Below are positions 48,270 to 60,195 of a stretch of DNA of 64,000 bases, piece by piece. The DNA is from Camelus dromedarius (lineage: Eukaryota), in contig NC_087438.1 of the NCBI RefSeq assembly GCF_036321535.1, positions 2,854,001-2,918,000 on the forward strand. The letters are read 5' to 3'. The first letter of the stretch is position 1. Each line of letters opens with the position of its first letter. The notes below the pieces were generated by a model, which saw nothing but the letters and a program-made list of their open reading frames with translations, did not search any database and was not told where the DNA came from. A program made the translations under genes and the position numbers.

Positions 48270-48560
48270 TTTTCTTTTTTCCCTTGAATAAACTTTTAAA
48301 TTCTGAAGTAATTTTAGAGTTGCAGGAAACTTGGAAAGACGGTACAGAAAGTTCTCACATACTATGCGCCCAGTTTCCCTCAGTGTCAACATCTTACTTT
48401 ATCATGGTGCACTTGTCACAACTAGGGGACCAACATCAGTGCATTGCTCTGAATGAAGCTCTAGAACGCAATCAAACATCACTAGTTTTTCCACTAATGT
48501 CCTTTTGTCATTCTGGGACTCCAACAAGCAGACCACGCTGTGCGTCAGGTTGTCGAAGGC
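48270..48560 (-). mobile_element. L1MC-like 3' UTR end
   Basis: AATTTTAGAGTTGCAGGAAACTTGGAAAGACGGTACAGAAAGTTCTCACATAC...CAGTTTCCC; homologous to 51680-51950. Confidence 0.8.
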
Positions 48561-49859
48561 TGCACTTGACTCTTCGCAATATTCAGAGAGTTTCTCTCCC
48601 ATGTCTCCAGACAAATCCTGGGTGCCTGCCTCTCTGCCCCACTTCTTGCTCTGACTAACCACGTGGAAGGGGGGCAAGAGGGGCCCATTCAGATGCTCAT
48701 TGAGCAATTAATTGGAGGAATAACTTGCTTCACTAATCTGTAGATTTCCAATGAAACCTGATAAAGGCATTTTTGACAAGCAAATTCATAGAGATGCTTC
48801 CGCAAACAGCCCTTCTAAATTGGCACCAGGGCAGAGAGAAAAGCCACCTCAGCGCAGCTTAAATATGCTAACCCAGCTAATCCTGACGCGGCATAAGGCC
48901 ACTTCCCTGGTCCTGATACAAAGACCTTCTGTTGTTTTCTTTTATGCTTAACAGGAAGGACCGAGGGTCCAGTCTGTGCCTGGACTGGAAACGGCTGTCA
49001 CCAGGAGGAGGCATTTCAACAAATCAGGCCCGGTTTAAGGCAGCTGGGAGTTCGTACCAGTGAGTACACGCAGGGTGAGCAAGGACCGTGCACACTGTTA
49101 AAAGGTTTGTACCAGGGGCAGGTTTCCATAGACCAGGCCTACCATATTTCCGTAACATGAATAATTCTGAAAACTCAAATATGTGTTCGCTAAAGGCTTT
49201 GCCATCACTTGGAAGATGTCCTTCCGTGGGAGGCTGCTAAGTCTAGGCGCCTGCGAGGGGGACGGTCCCCGCTGTGCTAATGGCTCAGTCAGCGCCTGTC
49301 TGCCCTGTCCGTGCGGAGGGCAGTGTGGCCCAGAAGCGATAGGTATACACTGTTCTAATGAAATGGGCCGTGAAAACTTAGCTAAGAGTATAGGGCACAG
49401 TCTTAGCCTCCAGAGCCTCACTCAACAATCAGGCTCATATTCAATTTACCTCTAAGACTTTTGAAAGAAATACAGAAAACTTGATGTGAAGGACTGTCAG
49501 ATCCATCAGCTGTTGTCAATGTACGGGTTTGAATCTCTTATTTCCTTGGTCTGTTTAATTTTGTGCCTCAGGGCTTTCAAGCCATATATTCTAAAGAGTA
49601 AGGCCTTTATCTAGGACTTAAATAGGTCATTTAACTTCATTATTCTGCGCAATGACTCTAAATCCAATCGTCTCTGTGACGCCTTTAAACCGCATTTCTA
49701 AGTCCAATAACTTACTTGCGAATAAGAAGCACAAAGGTTTGATCTGCACTTTCACACTGCTTCCTGGGTGCTGAGGTTTCTTTAGGTATGCCCCCAGTGA
49801 AAATTTCAAAATTGCTAAGTACCACATTTTACTTTTAAAATGTATCCATTTAAATGAGC

Positions 49860-50625
49860 CTAACTATTGGTGGGAATGTAAAGTAGTGCAGCCACTACGG
49901 AAAATTGTATGGAGTGCCCTCAAAAAATTGCAAACAGGACTGTCATACGATCCAGCAATCCCACTTCCGGGTCTATATCCAAAGGAAGAGAAAACAGGAC
50001 GTCAAGGAGACACCTGCACGCCCGTGTTCACTGCAGCGTCGTTCACGGCAGCTAAGACAAGGGAACAGCCCAAGCATCCCCCTGTGGATGAAAGGGCAAT
50101 AATAATACGTATGTACATAGCAAATGCAGCCCTGAGACAGAAGGAATTCCTGCTGCTTGTGACCGTATGGATGGACCTTGAGGGCACTGTGCTAAGTGAA
50201 ATCAGTCAGACTGAGAGAAACAAACAGTGTTTGATATGTGTGTATGTGGAATCTAGAATAAAGTTAAACTCAGTAACAGAGAGTAAGAGAGTGGTTTCTG
50301 GGGCCTGGGGGCAGGGAGGGAGGGGTAGGAAGAGATTGGTGAAAGGATGCAAACTTTCAGCTATAAGATGAAAAGGTCTGTGGATCGAAAGCATAAGATG
50401 GTGACTATAGTTGAAAACACTGTCTTGTACGACTGAAATTTGCTAAGAGAGTAGAACTTAAATGCTCTCACAAAAGACAACGCGGTGGCAGAGGAGATAG
50501 CTAACTATTAACTAGGAGGTGGGACGCCTTTCACAATGTATACCTGCATCAAACCACCGCAGCACACACCTCAAATATAGTTTTATATGTCAATTATATA
50601 CGTCAGTACAGCTGGAAAAATAAGA
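49860..50625 (+). mobile_element. L1 (L1MA9-like) ORF2 end plus 3' UTR
   Basis: ORF 49886-50371 contains LSYDPAIPLPGLYPKE and WMDLEGTVLSEISQ. The 3' UTR reads CAAACTTTCAGCTATAAGATGAA...TGAAATTTGCTAAGAGAGTAGA. Confidence 0.9.
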
Positions 50626-51679
50626 TGAATAAAGAAATGTATCTAAACCCACGTAATTATGGATTTTCTTCTGCATATTTGCTACCTGACGCAATTATGT
50701 CATCAGTACTTCTTTGATCAGAGGAAGCTTATAAGAGGCAGGGCTATGCTGACTGTCCCTCACTGTGTGGAGGTTAGACTCAATGATATGTTTGAATTGC
50801 TTTTATTTAGGGAAAAACAAGGGGCTACCTCCATGGTATGGGGGTGACCAGTTAAAAGAGAGATGAAAAGGCAGTTCAACTGGACTCTGAGGGTGAAACA
50901 GGATGCACAGTCCAGACGGACTTCAGTTAGCGAAGTCCCTTTATGCCCTCAGAGAGACTGGACGTAGGTTTCTAACAAAACAACGGCTGGGAGCTGTGCG
51001 CTGGAGCCAGCAATTTATGTGGGCAACCGCTCAAGTTTCCCTGTTGGTTGAGGGTGCCATCTGGAAGGCTGCCTAAACACATGACTGCTCGCCATCCGCA
51101 TTGGACCTTTTCAGGGGGAGCATAAATGACTTCAACAGTCGATAAAAGAAAAGGACAGAAAAAAATGTGAACAAATTCTGTGTTCAATGGATTAATTGTC
51201 TCATTTATATAACTTGTGGTTAGCCTCAGTCAGCATTCTTAACATTGTTGGATTTGTGCTTAATTCTGCACTGTTCTGATGATCATCATGAAACAGTACA
51301 AGAAAAAGAAATCTGAAGCCTCCTGGGTGTTTTATCAAACATGTAATAAAGTTCCTTTGCCTTCCCACTCAATTTAATAAAACCAAAAGGCTGGAATGCT
51401 TTTAGTGAGGTGTGTCTGGAGGCATTAAAATTTTGTTGTTTTTCTTTGTGTTAATCTCTAAACCAAATAATAATTGTTCCAGTCTGTGTCTTTGGTTGCA
51501 CATGTTATTTTTTTAAACTCCTTAAGCATACTAAATTAATACCTAACCAAAACTGGTTTAAATTGGACAAGGCAGTTAGAAAGAGTTTTGTAATTTATTC
51601 TTAAGCAGCAAAGTTTGGTTTTTATTCATTATTTCAATTAGTACAAGCTGCTTATGTGACATAATATTTTAAAAGTTTC

Positions 51680-52380
51680 TTTTAATCTTTGAATAAATTT
51701 AGATTTAGAAAAAAGGTTGCAAAGACAGTACAAAGAATTTCTGTATACTCTTCACAAGATTCTTCTAATGTTAACATATTATATAGCAATGTCAGACTTG
51801 TCAAAACTAAGCCAATAATATTCATACAATGTTATTAATTAAATAAACTATGCATGGTGCCTGCATTTTCCCAGTTTTTCCCCCTAATGTTCTCTTTCTG
51901 TTCCACGATCCAATCCAGGCTCATACACCGCCTTGCCCCTCATGCCACCTTTGATGAGTATATTTCTCAATGCCCCCTTGTTTCTTTGACTTCGAGAGTT
52001 TTGAGGAGAGCTAAAGTTGTATCTGGTGGCACATCCTTCAGTTTGGGTCTGTCTGATGTTTTCCCACCATGAGATTGGACTTATGGATTTTGGGGAAGAA
52101 GACCACAGAGCTGAGGTGCCTTGTCATCCCCTCGCATCAGCAGGTTCACAGTAGCCACGTGGCAGTACTGGGGGAGTCAGCCTTGACCCCTTGGTTCAGG
52201 TGGTGGTTCCAGGTGTGCCCACTGTAAGTTGCAGTGTTTCCCTTCCCAGACTCTGTAAGTCCAGAAGTCTAGGTCACAGTCAAGGGGAAGGAGATTCAGT
52301 AACATCTTCTAGAGGGGATGTATCCACATATAGCATTTGGGATTTTTCTTTAAGACAGATTTGTGACATACTGTTTATTT
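51680..52380 (-). mobile_element. L1MC-like 3' UTR
   Basis: TTTAGATTTAGAAAAAAGGTTGCAAAGACAGTACAAAG, TTTGGGTCTGTCTGATGTTTTC and GGGGAAGAAGACCACAGAG. Confidence 0.85.
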
Positions 52381-52729
52381 TACCAAGGAATAACAACTTT
52401 CATATAGAAAAAATTTTTGATAATTTGCCACTGGCCACTGTAGCACACACTGCTGAAACCATGCTGCAATAATCTCTTGTAGATGTCTGCCCTGCCATGC
52501 TGCTTGTTAAAGAGGAAAGTCAGCCCATGACAAAATGTTCAGAGATAAATATGCAATTATTTTTGTTTTTCTCCTTTGTAGCCTGTCAATAGAAACAAAG
52601 ATGATTTTGAATAAAAGCATCATTTCTGAGGGAACCACACAGGAGACATGAACCTCTCATCATGGTAAGATGAGAGCCTAGCATAGGATTATGCTGTGCA
52701 TAAACCAGCTGAAGCAGCCTACAGTTTGA

Positions 52730-53122
52730 CTCCAGTACCATACTGTTTTGATTACTATAGCTTTGAAGTATAGTTTGAAGCCAAGAAGTGTGATACTTCC
52801 AGCTTTGTTCTTCTTTCTCAAGATTGTTTTGGCTGTTTGGAATTTTTTTGTGGTTTCATATAAATTTGAGAATTCTTTGTTCTAGTTTTGTGAAATACGT
52901 ACTTGGAGTTTTGATAAGTATTACCCTGAAACTGTAAATTGCCTTAGATAATATAGATATTTTAATGATATTAATTCTTCCACTCTGTTAGTACAGTATA
53001 GCTTTCCTGTTGTGTCATCTTCAGTTTCTTTAATTAATGTTTTATAAGGTTCAGAGTATAGTCTTCTACCTCCTTGGCTAGATTTATTCCTAAGTATTTT
53101 ATTCTTTTTGATGCAATTGTAA
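52730..53122 (-). mobile_element. L1 ORF2 internal fragment
   Basis: CCAGTACCATACTGTTTTGATTACTATAGCTTTG is the reverse of the segment encoding KAIVIKTVWYW. ORF 52921-53163 contains YKTLIKETEDD. Confidence 0.9.
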
Positions 53123-53872
53123 GTTGCCTTATGTAAAAGACATCCTATGTGGCCCATAAACATACTACTCTCTGGTCACCAGAGGTATATGTTCTAAGCA
53201 TATATATCCCCTCTTGTGGTTGCATGCGCCCTCCTGCTGAGGCAGGACCTAATACCATGGTGTGCAGGAAATCAGGGATGCCTGGCTGCAAGGCCCTACC
53301 TTGAGTAGTTGCAGGGTCCACTGGTGGGTGAGGTAGGCTCCTGGCACGGCTGTCTTTCTGGCCTGGAGGCAGCCAGATCCTGCTGGCCTGCTGGTGTGTG
53401 GGGCAAACTCCCAATACCAACAGCTAGAGGGAGAGTTTGAAAGTGGCACTTGCCAGCATGGTCGTCATCCTGTAGAACAAGTTCCCATAAACGGCTGCTG
53501 CCAGTGTCTCTATACCCAAGGGGTGTCCCAGCTACCTCCTGCCTCTCTGGGAGGCGCTCCAAGATCAGCAAGTCAATTTGACTCAGGGTCCTTTCAAACT
53601 ACTGCCTTTGTGCTGGGACTCGAAGCATGCGACACTTTGTGCGTGTCTTTTAAGAGCAGAATCTCTGCTTCTTGTAGCCCTCTGTCTCCCCTGAACATAA
53701 GCCCCATTACTCTTCAAAGCCATGTGTTCTCAGGGCTTGTCTTCCCAGTGCAGGACCTCCGGGCTTGGGGGCCTGACATGCGGTTTGAAACTTTGCTCCT
53801 GGGGGAGGAACACTTCAGCTGTGAAATCCTTCCTGTTTGGTGTTGCTGACGCCGGGGATGTGGGTCCTGACA
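53123..53872 (-). mobile_element. L1 5' UTR-like segment (old L1M2-type)
   Basis: GC-richer block (GGCTGCTGCCAGTGTCTC, CTCCAAGATCAGCAAG, CTTCCCAGTGCAGGACC) resembling reverse mammalian L1 5' ends; abuts the ORF2 fragment. Confidence 0.6.
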
Positions 53873-53899
53873 AGCAGACAACACAGGATAAGGCAAAGT

Positions 53900-54560
53900 G
53901 AAAACTGGTAATATTAAAATTAGATTGCAAAAAAATTGATAAAAAATCAGCAGCTATAATAAAATCCATATGAGTACAGTAAATGGAAGATTTGATGCCA
54001 TAGAAAATTGAACCCATGATAAAAATGATAAAATTTAATAAATTTTCCCAGAATATAGACAAAAATTAAAATCAATTTAACAAGAGAGAATAGAAGGTAA
54101 AAATAGGATAAAGGATAGATAATTGCTATGTCTAAGAAGACATGAGGACAAACAGAAAAGAAAAAGAAAAGATTAAGATATCACAGAAGACAAATTTAAT
54201 AAACTAAAGAAAAACACATACGTGCAGACTGAGCACACTTAAGAGATCTAAGGAAAAATATTAAAAACATACACAAATAAACTTACTTGTGCTGTCCTTG
54301 GTTTTCAAAGATTGAAAAGTGTTAGAAACATCCATTTCAACAAAAATGTATATGATAGTGACATAAAATGATCTGTCTACAGATTTCTCTGCAGTGTAAA
54401 ATTCAAAGAGGGCATGAACAGGGACTATTCATAGATTTTGAAAGTAAGTTTACATCTAAAAAAATTATAATTCATCAACTGTGAAGGCAAGAGAAATACA
54501 TTTTAAGACACGAGAAACTTCAGAACATGTCTCATCTCTGTAACCTTCTTGAAAAGTTTC
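53900..54560 (+). mobile_element. Ancient L1 ORF1/HAL1-like remnant
   Basis: Strongly A-rich + strand with ORF1-like segments (TTCCCAGAATATAGA, CAGACTGAGCACAC, CTACAGATTTCTC, CAACTGTGAAGGCAAGAGAAATACATTTT). Confidence 0.5.
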
Positions 54561-54916
54561 TTTTTCTTCCAACTATTCCAAGAACTCCTGATGAAACCAC
54601 TATTCTCTACCATCCAGACCTCTAAGCTATAATCATTCTACTTATTTTCTATCAGAATTAAACCCATAGTCCAAAATTTATAATACTTTCAAGTTCAAAT
54701 ATACTCCTGTGTCTTCTCCCTGCACCAATTCACAAGCTCTAGATAAATCAGCACTTCTACCATTGTTTTGTTTGCCATTTTATTCTGAGACGTTCTGGGG
54801 AAAATACAGAAGTCAATTTGATGATACTGTCATAATAAGAAAGGTTAGGACAGAGTGTGGTCTAGGTTAAAAGTGTGGAAATTGAAGCAAGACTGCCTGG
54901 ATAAAGACTCCAGCAT

Positions 54917-55624
54917 ATTAGGGACATGCAAAATAAAACCACAATGATACACCCCCATTAGAATGGCTAAAATTAAAAACACTTGGTCATATCAAGTGTT
55001 GGTGAGAGTGTGGTGGGACGTGGACTCCCATTCATGGCTAGTAAGAATGTAAAATGGTACTACTAACTTAGAAACAGTTTTGTAGTTTCTTAATAAATGA
55101 ATAATACTTACCATATGACCCAGCCATCTCCTAGCTATTAACCCAAGAGAAAAGGAAATATAGTCCATGCAAAAATCTACTTGTATATGGACTTTCTCAG
55201 CATCTTTGTTTGTGATAGCCAAAACATGGAATCAAGTCAGATGCTCATCAAACAGGTAAACAAACGGTGGCATATCCGTGAAATGCGATACTATTCAGCA
55301 GTAAAAATGAATGAGCAATTTGATGGCTCAAGAATAACTCTGTTGAGTAACAGAAGCCAGATAAAAAGACAACATTTTAGATCATGGAAACTGATTCATC
55401 GTTCTCTGAAAGCAGATTAGAGGTTGCTCTGGGGAGGCTGTGGGGATGGACAGAAGGAAGGAATAAACGGGCAAGAGGAGCTCTAAGGGTGCAGGATCTG
55501 TTCACTATTTTGATCCTGGTGATGGTTCCATGGGTGTATACATAGACTAAAACTTACCAAGTCGTGTATTTTAAACATGCATAGTTTATCACACATCAAT
55601 TACTCCTCAGTAAGGCTGTTTAAG
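54917..55624 (+). mobile_element. L1 (L1MB/MC/ME-like) ORF2 end plus 3' UTR
   Basis: ATTAGGGACATGCAAAATAAAACCACAATGA, AGAATGGCTAAAATTAAAA and ACCATATGACCCAGC, ending TTACTCCTCAGTAAGGCTGTT. Confidence 0.85.
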
Positions 55625-55744
55625 AATTGTATAGCCTACATTTTCTAACCATGATGTAAGATCATTAGAATTTTAAAACTAAGTCTTAAAATTTTAAAGC
55701 ATGGGAAAATAAAACACTGTCAATGAATTACCACCAAAACAAGG

Positions 55745-56730
55745 CATTATACCCAGATCACTAAAAAGTGAATTAGTTCAGATTTTCAAACCAAATCAAC
55801 AGTAAGGTCCCAATCTACTTACATACCTTCAGAATATCAAAAGGGAAAATGCCTCCTGACCCTAGTATTTGGAAACTAGCAAAGCAAAGCAAACCCAATA
55901 AGGAAAATTGGCCAATCACACTTACGAGTGGAGATGCAAAACACTAGATACAAAACTATGAGTCAAATATAGAAACCCTCAGACCCAAGCACGGCATTCT
56001 GCAGAAACGTGAGCACAGCTCGCTCAGGAAACTGACTGGTTCACGTTAACACACAGTAGGTTACATGAGAACTGTTTTCAGGACCACAGAATCACGAGAT
56101 CAGAAACCCCTCAATGTATCTTCCACTCCTGCTTCAGAACAAGATCAATCTCTTAATAAATTACAATAAAAATGAAAGCTGAATAATATAAGAAATATCT
56201 TTTTTAAACCGAGAGCTATTTGATATTTAAGGATAAACCTTTCAGACATTACTAAAATTATTTAATACAATTTTGAATGTTTTTGTCTATATTTAGAGAA
56301 AAGGAAAATTTAGGTTATGGATGCTATACATAAAAATAAATTATTATTTGTGAATAAATTATGTGTATATTTGAAAAATTCAAACTGGTCAACTGGTAGG
56401 ATTAAAATCCTTGATTGTAAAAAGATTATATTAAATATTATGCAAAAAATCCCATTCATAGTAGCAGCAAAAATACGTACTACTTAGAAATCAACTTAAT
56501 GACAGAAGTTAAAGACCTAGATGAACAAGACTGAAATAATCTAATCAATCACATAAAAGAAGATGAATTCACACAAGGAGAAGCTACATTTCCCAATAGA
56601 AAAAAACGTATATTTTTCAAATGTCAATTATTCCAAAATCACTCTTCAGTGTAATACAAATCCAATAAAAATGTGAACTGGATTTTATGCAGAACATGGC
56701 AAAATGGCCACAAATCTATTTCTTCAGGAA
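55745..56730 (+). mobile_element. Ancient L1 ORF2 remnant (AT-rich)
   Basis: GGCCAATCACACTTACGAGTGGAGATGCAAAA (RPISLMNIDAK-like), ATCCCATTCATAGTAGCAGCAAAA and AAATGTCAATTATTCCAAAA. Confidence 0.7.
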
Positions 56731-57099
56731 AACTGAATAGCCTAATAAAATAGACAGCACTGGCTCTTTTTAGTATCCCCCACCTCCATGAAGAAGCCCC
56801 AGATTCAGAGAGATTTGGGGGAAGTTGTGAAAAAAGTATCTCTGGTTCAGATAACCCTTTTCTTTTCAACTTTTATAAAGAATGAGTTCTCACTCACTTT
56901 TTTTAAAAGCCGGTCAAACATGAGTCTCAGATGTTGTCAAGGACAAGCACAAATCATTTTATCTTATAAACACAGATTTGAAAATTCCAAGTAATATATT
57001 AGTAAGTTAAACATAAACACACTATGAACAATTAAAGATTATTTCCAGGAAAATATTCTATTGTCTTAATAGTTTAAATGGACGTCCTTGATCTTGTTA

Positions 57100-57500
57100 A
57101 GAAATTTAAAAAATGATATTTGATAAATTTCAGCATTTATCTCTGGTAACTACTCTCAGGAAACGAGGTGTAGAATCGTTCATTACATGAAAGGGTGAAC
57201 AAATCAGAATTCAGTTTGAAGTACAATTAACAGGGAAAAACGAGTGACATTCTAATCTCAGGTAAGACCATGAAAACGATCCTACTTTTAGACAATTTTC
57301 TGGGCGTCTTAACCAACACAACGCAGAAAGGAAAAGAGACAGACCATGCATACTGGAAAACGAGCCTCAAGTTGTCACCGTTTTGCTAGTCGACCACTTG
57401 GATTAAAGAGCGTAATTGGACGCCCAGATGGACGGGGATCTCCGCAAGATGCGGAGGTCTGGAAAACCCGTGCGTGTGGAAGTTACAGCCCCGACTTCCA
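57100..57500 (+). mobile_element. Ancient L1 ORF2 (RT) remnant, progressively GC-shifted
   Basis: ATTTGATAAATTTCAGCATTTATCTCTGGTAACTACTCTCAGGAAACGAGG resembles AFDKIQHPF.IKTL.KLG. CAAGTTGTCACCGTTTTGCTAGTCGA sits at the KLSLFADD position. Confidence 0.7.
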
Positions 57501-58680
57501 AAAATAACAGGAAGAGTGAGGCGCAGCTAGAAAGGCTGGAGAGGAAGAAAGAGTGAACCGAGCCCGGGAGTTCCAAGCGGAGGATTTCCAGGAGGGGCTG
57601 TAGACACGGGTGCACACTCTAGAGACGGATTTCAGTTTGTAGAGGCCGCGAGAGCGGCTCTCGCAGAGCTCGGCGAGCACGGCCCCGGCTGAGCCCTGAC
57701 AGCCACGCCCGGAGTGCTCCGAGGCCAAGCGTCCCACGGGCGGCTGCGGGCCCTGCGGGGACCAACCTGCAGCGATGCTCCGCGAGCCCTTTCCCGGCCA
57801 GGAGGACTTCCGCAGGGCGCTCCGGCCCTCTGGGGTCAGCCTCCCTCCCGGTGGTCTGACACTGCCTCCTCCATCGCCTCTCACACTCCGCTCTCCTGGC
57901 ACAGTCCTTCCTCGTGTTTGCTTCTCAGAGGACCTGGACTTACACGCAGTGACAGCGTTCTGTTCCTGTGTCGCTTTAACAAAAAGGAATAAACGTCTCA
58001 AACAGTTTTGCAAGGGCCCTGCACTGTCCCTGCAGAAGAATTTTCCGCGTTGAGCAGGGGCTGGAGGGGACGCTGACTCGGAGAGGCCGAGGCAGCCTCC
58101 CGTCCTGAATCACCGGGGAGAAGGTGGCAGGCCTCGCCAGGCACCAGACAGAGAAGGGGGGGGGCTTCATCCTCAGGACGGTACCCTGGTGGCGTTTTCT
58201 CCAGCCACCGGGCTTCCCTTCCCTGCGGGCACATGCGGTTGAATACATCCCCGGTCGTTAGGCCAAGGGGTGTGGGGCCGGAGGGGCGGCCCCGCGGGCG
58301 CTGCGAGCGGGAAGCCGGCGCAGAAGGCAGGCGCGCGGGCAGTGAGCGCCGGCGGGCGGCGGGGCCGGAGGGTGGGCGGCGAGCGGACACCTGCCACAGC
58401 CCGGGCGACGGCGAGGCCTGGGGGGGCGCTGGTGGCTGGACTAGAGAGGCAGGGGAAGGCGGAGGTCTTCCAGGCAAGACCAAGGACGTGCGGGCTGCGC
58501 GTAAGAAGGGAATTGAAGAGAAGCCTTGAAGGACGGGTCAGCCTGTCTTTCCTCCAAATAGAGGAGTGGGCTCTTGCCCACGGGGGAGAGGGGAGAAGGC
58601 AGGCAGGCTGTCTAGGTCCGGGGCCAAGTCCCGCCCCACGCAGCCCCTTCCGCCACCTGCCTGCTGTGTTTGCTCTTCGA
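57400..58680. promoter_or_regulatory. Orphan CpG island
   Basis: About 1.3 kb of high GC and CpG with peaks at 57640-57830 and 58250-58510. No recognisable associated coding exon. Confidence 0.75.
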
Positions 58681-58789
58681 TGCAGTGAAGGTAGCACCGG
58701 TTATTTCAGGCTGTTCGCACAGAAATCACTCCAGAAGATTTGGACAAAATGTAATTCTATAAGCCCTCATCCGGAGTCCTCATAAATCT

Positions 58790-59046
58790 AATTATGGTTA
58801 CCCAAGGGGAGCGTGGGGGAGGGAGGAAGGGATTAACAGATGCACACTCCCACATATAAAATACAGAAACAACAAAGACCCGCTGTGTAGCACAGGGGGC
58901 TACATTCAATATCTTGTAATAAGCCATAATGGAAGAGAATCCGAAAAAAGAATATAGATATATACATACATGTATAACCGAATCACTTTGCTGTACATCT
59001 GAAACTAACACAATATTGTAAGTCAGCTATACTTCAGTTAAAAAAA
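58790..59046 (+). mobile_element. 5'-truncated artiodactyl-type L1 3' UTR with TSD
   Basis: TAGCACAGGG...ATTCAATATCTTGTAATAA...GAATCACTTTGCTGTACATCTGAAACTAACACAA plus poly(A). 15-bp TSD AGTCCTCATAAATCT (58775-58789) and AGTTCTCATAAATCT (59047-59061). Confidence 0.9.
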
Positions 59047-59409
59047 AGTTCTCATAAATCTGAATTTCGGGTTTCTTCTTTTGTATGTAGGGTGAAAGCT
59101 AGGGCCAAAGTAGATTTTTTTTGTTTTGTTTTGTTTTGTTTTATTTTGTTTTACTTAAGTATAAAGTATGAGACTTTGAGATGTTTCTGAAAAGCGTGTA
59201 AGGAAAAATGCTTTGATGGCACCAAAACTGTATTTTTCATGTTTCTGTAAAGAAATCATTGGCACATAAACAAACAAACAAAAAAGTAAAGTCTTCAACA
59301 TAATATTAAAACATCAACCAAAGATCAAACTTTCTGATTGCTGTTTAAAAGTACCTAAATTATTTTTAAAACAGTAGACTCAACATTAAAAATTTGATGA
59401 TATTTTGTT

Positions 59410-60195
59410 TTGGCAGAGGGTGTGGAAAAAAGGAAACCCTCCTACAATGTTGGTGGAAATGTAGTTTGGTGCAGCCGCTATGAAAAGCAGCATGGAGACT
59501 CCTCAAAAAACTAAAGATCGACTTACCATACGATCCATCAACCCTACTCCTGGGTATGTATCCAGAGGGAACTAGTTCAGAAAGATACATGAGCCCCAAT
59601 GTTCATAGCAGCACCATTTACAACAGCTAAGACATGGAAGCAACCTGAATGTCCATTGACAGATGACTGGATAAAGAAACTATGGTATATTTATACAATG
59701 GAACACTACTTAGCCAAAGAAAAGAATAAAATAATGTCATTTGCAGCAACACTGATGGACCTAGACATCATCATTCTAAGTGAAGTAAGCCACAAAGAGA
59801 AAGAAAAATATCATATATCACTCATATGTGGAATCTTAAAAAAATAAAAGAAAGAACGAAAGAAAAAAGGGGGCACTAATGAACTCATCTATAAAAGAAA
59901 CAGACTTGCAGACATAGTAAACAATCTTATGATTACCAGGGGAAAGAGGTGGGAAGGGATAAATTTGGGTGTTTGATATTTGTAAAGGTTATCCACTATA
60001 TATAGAAATAGATAAAAAACAAATTTCTTCTGTATAGCACAGGGAACTATATTCAATATCTTGTAATAACCTTTAGTGTAAAAGCATATGAAAATGAATA
60101 TATGTATATAGATGTATGACTGGAACATTGTGCTATACACCAGAAATGGACACACTGTAACTGACTATACTTAAAAAATATTAAAATAAATTAAA
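59410..60195 (+). mobile_element. 5'-truncated young L1: ORF2 C-terminus plus 3' UTR
   Basis: ORF 59599-59847 (AKTWKQPECPLTDDWIKKLWYIYTMEHY); same family as 2308-2945. Confidence 0.95.

Noticed and set aside
57483..58785. 160-176 aa Arg/Pro/Gly/Ala-rich ORFs
   Set aside because: A CpG-island composition artefact present in several frames on both strands.
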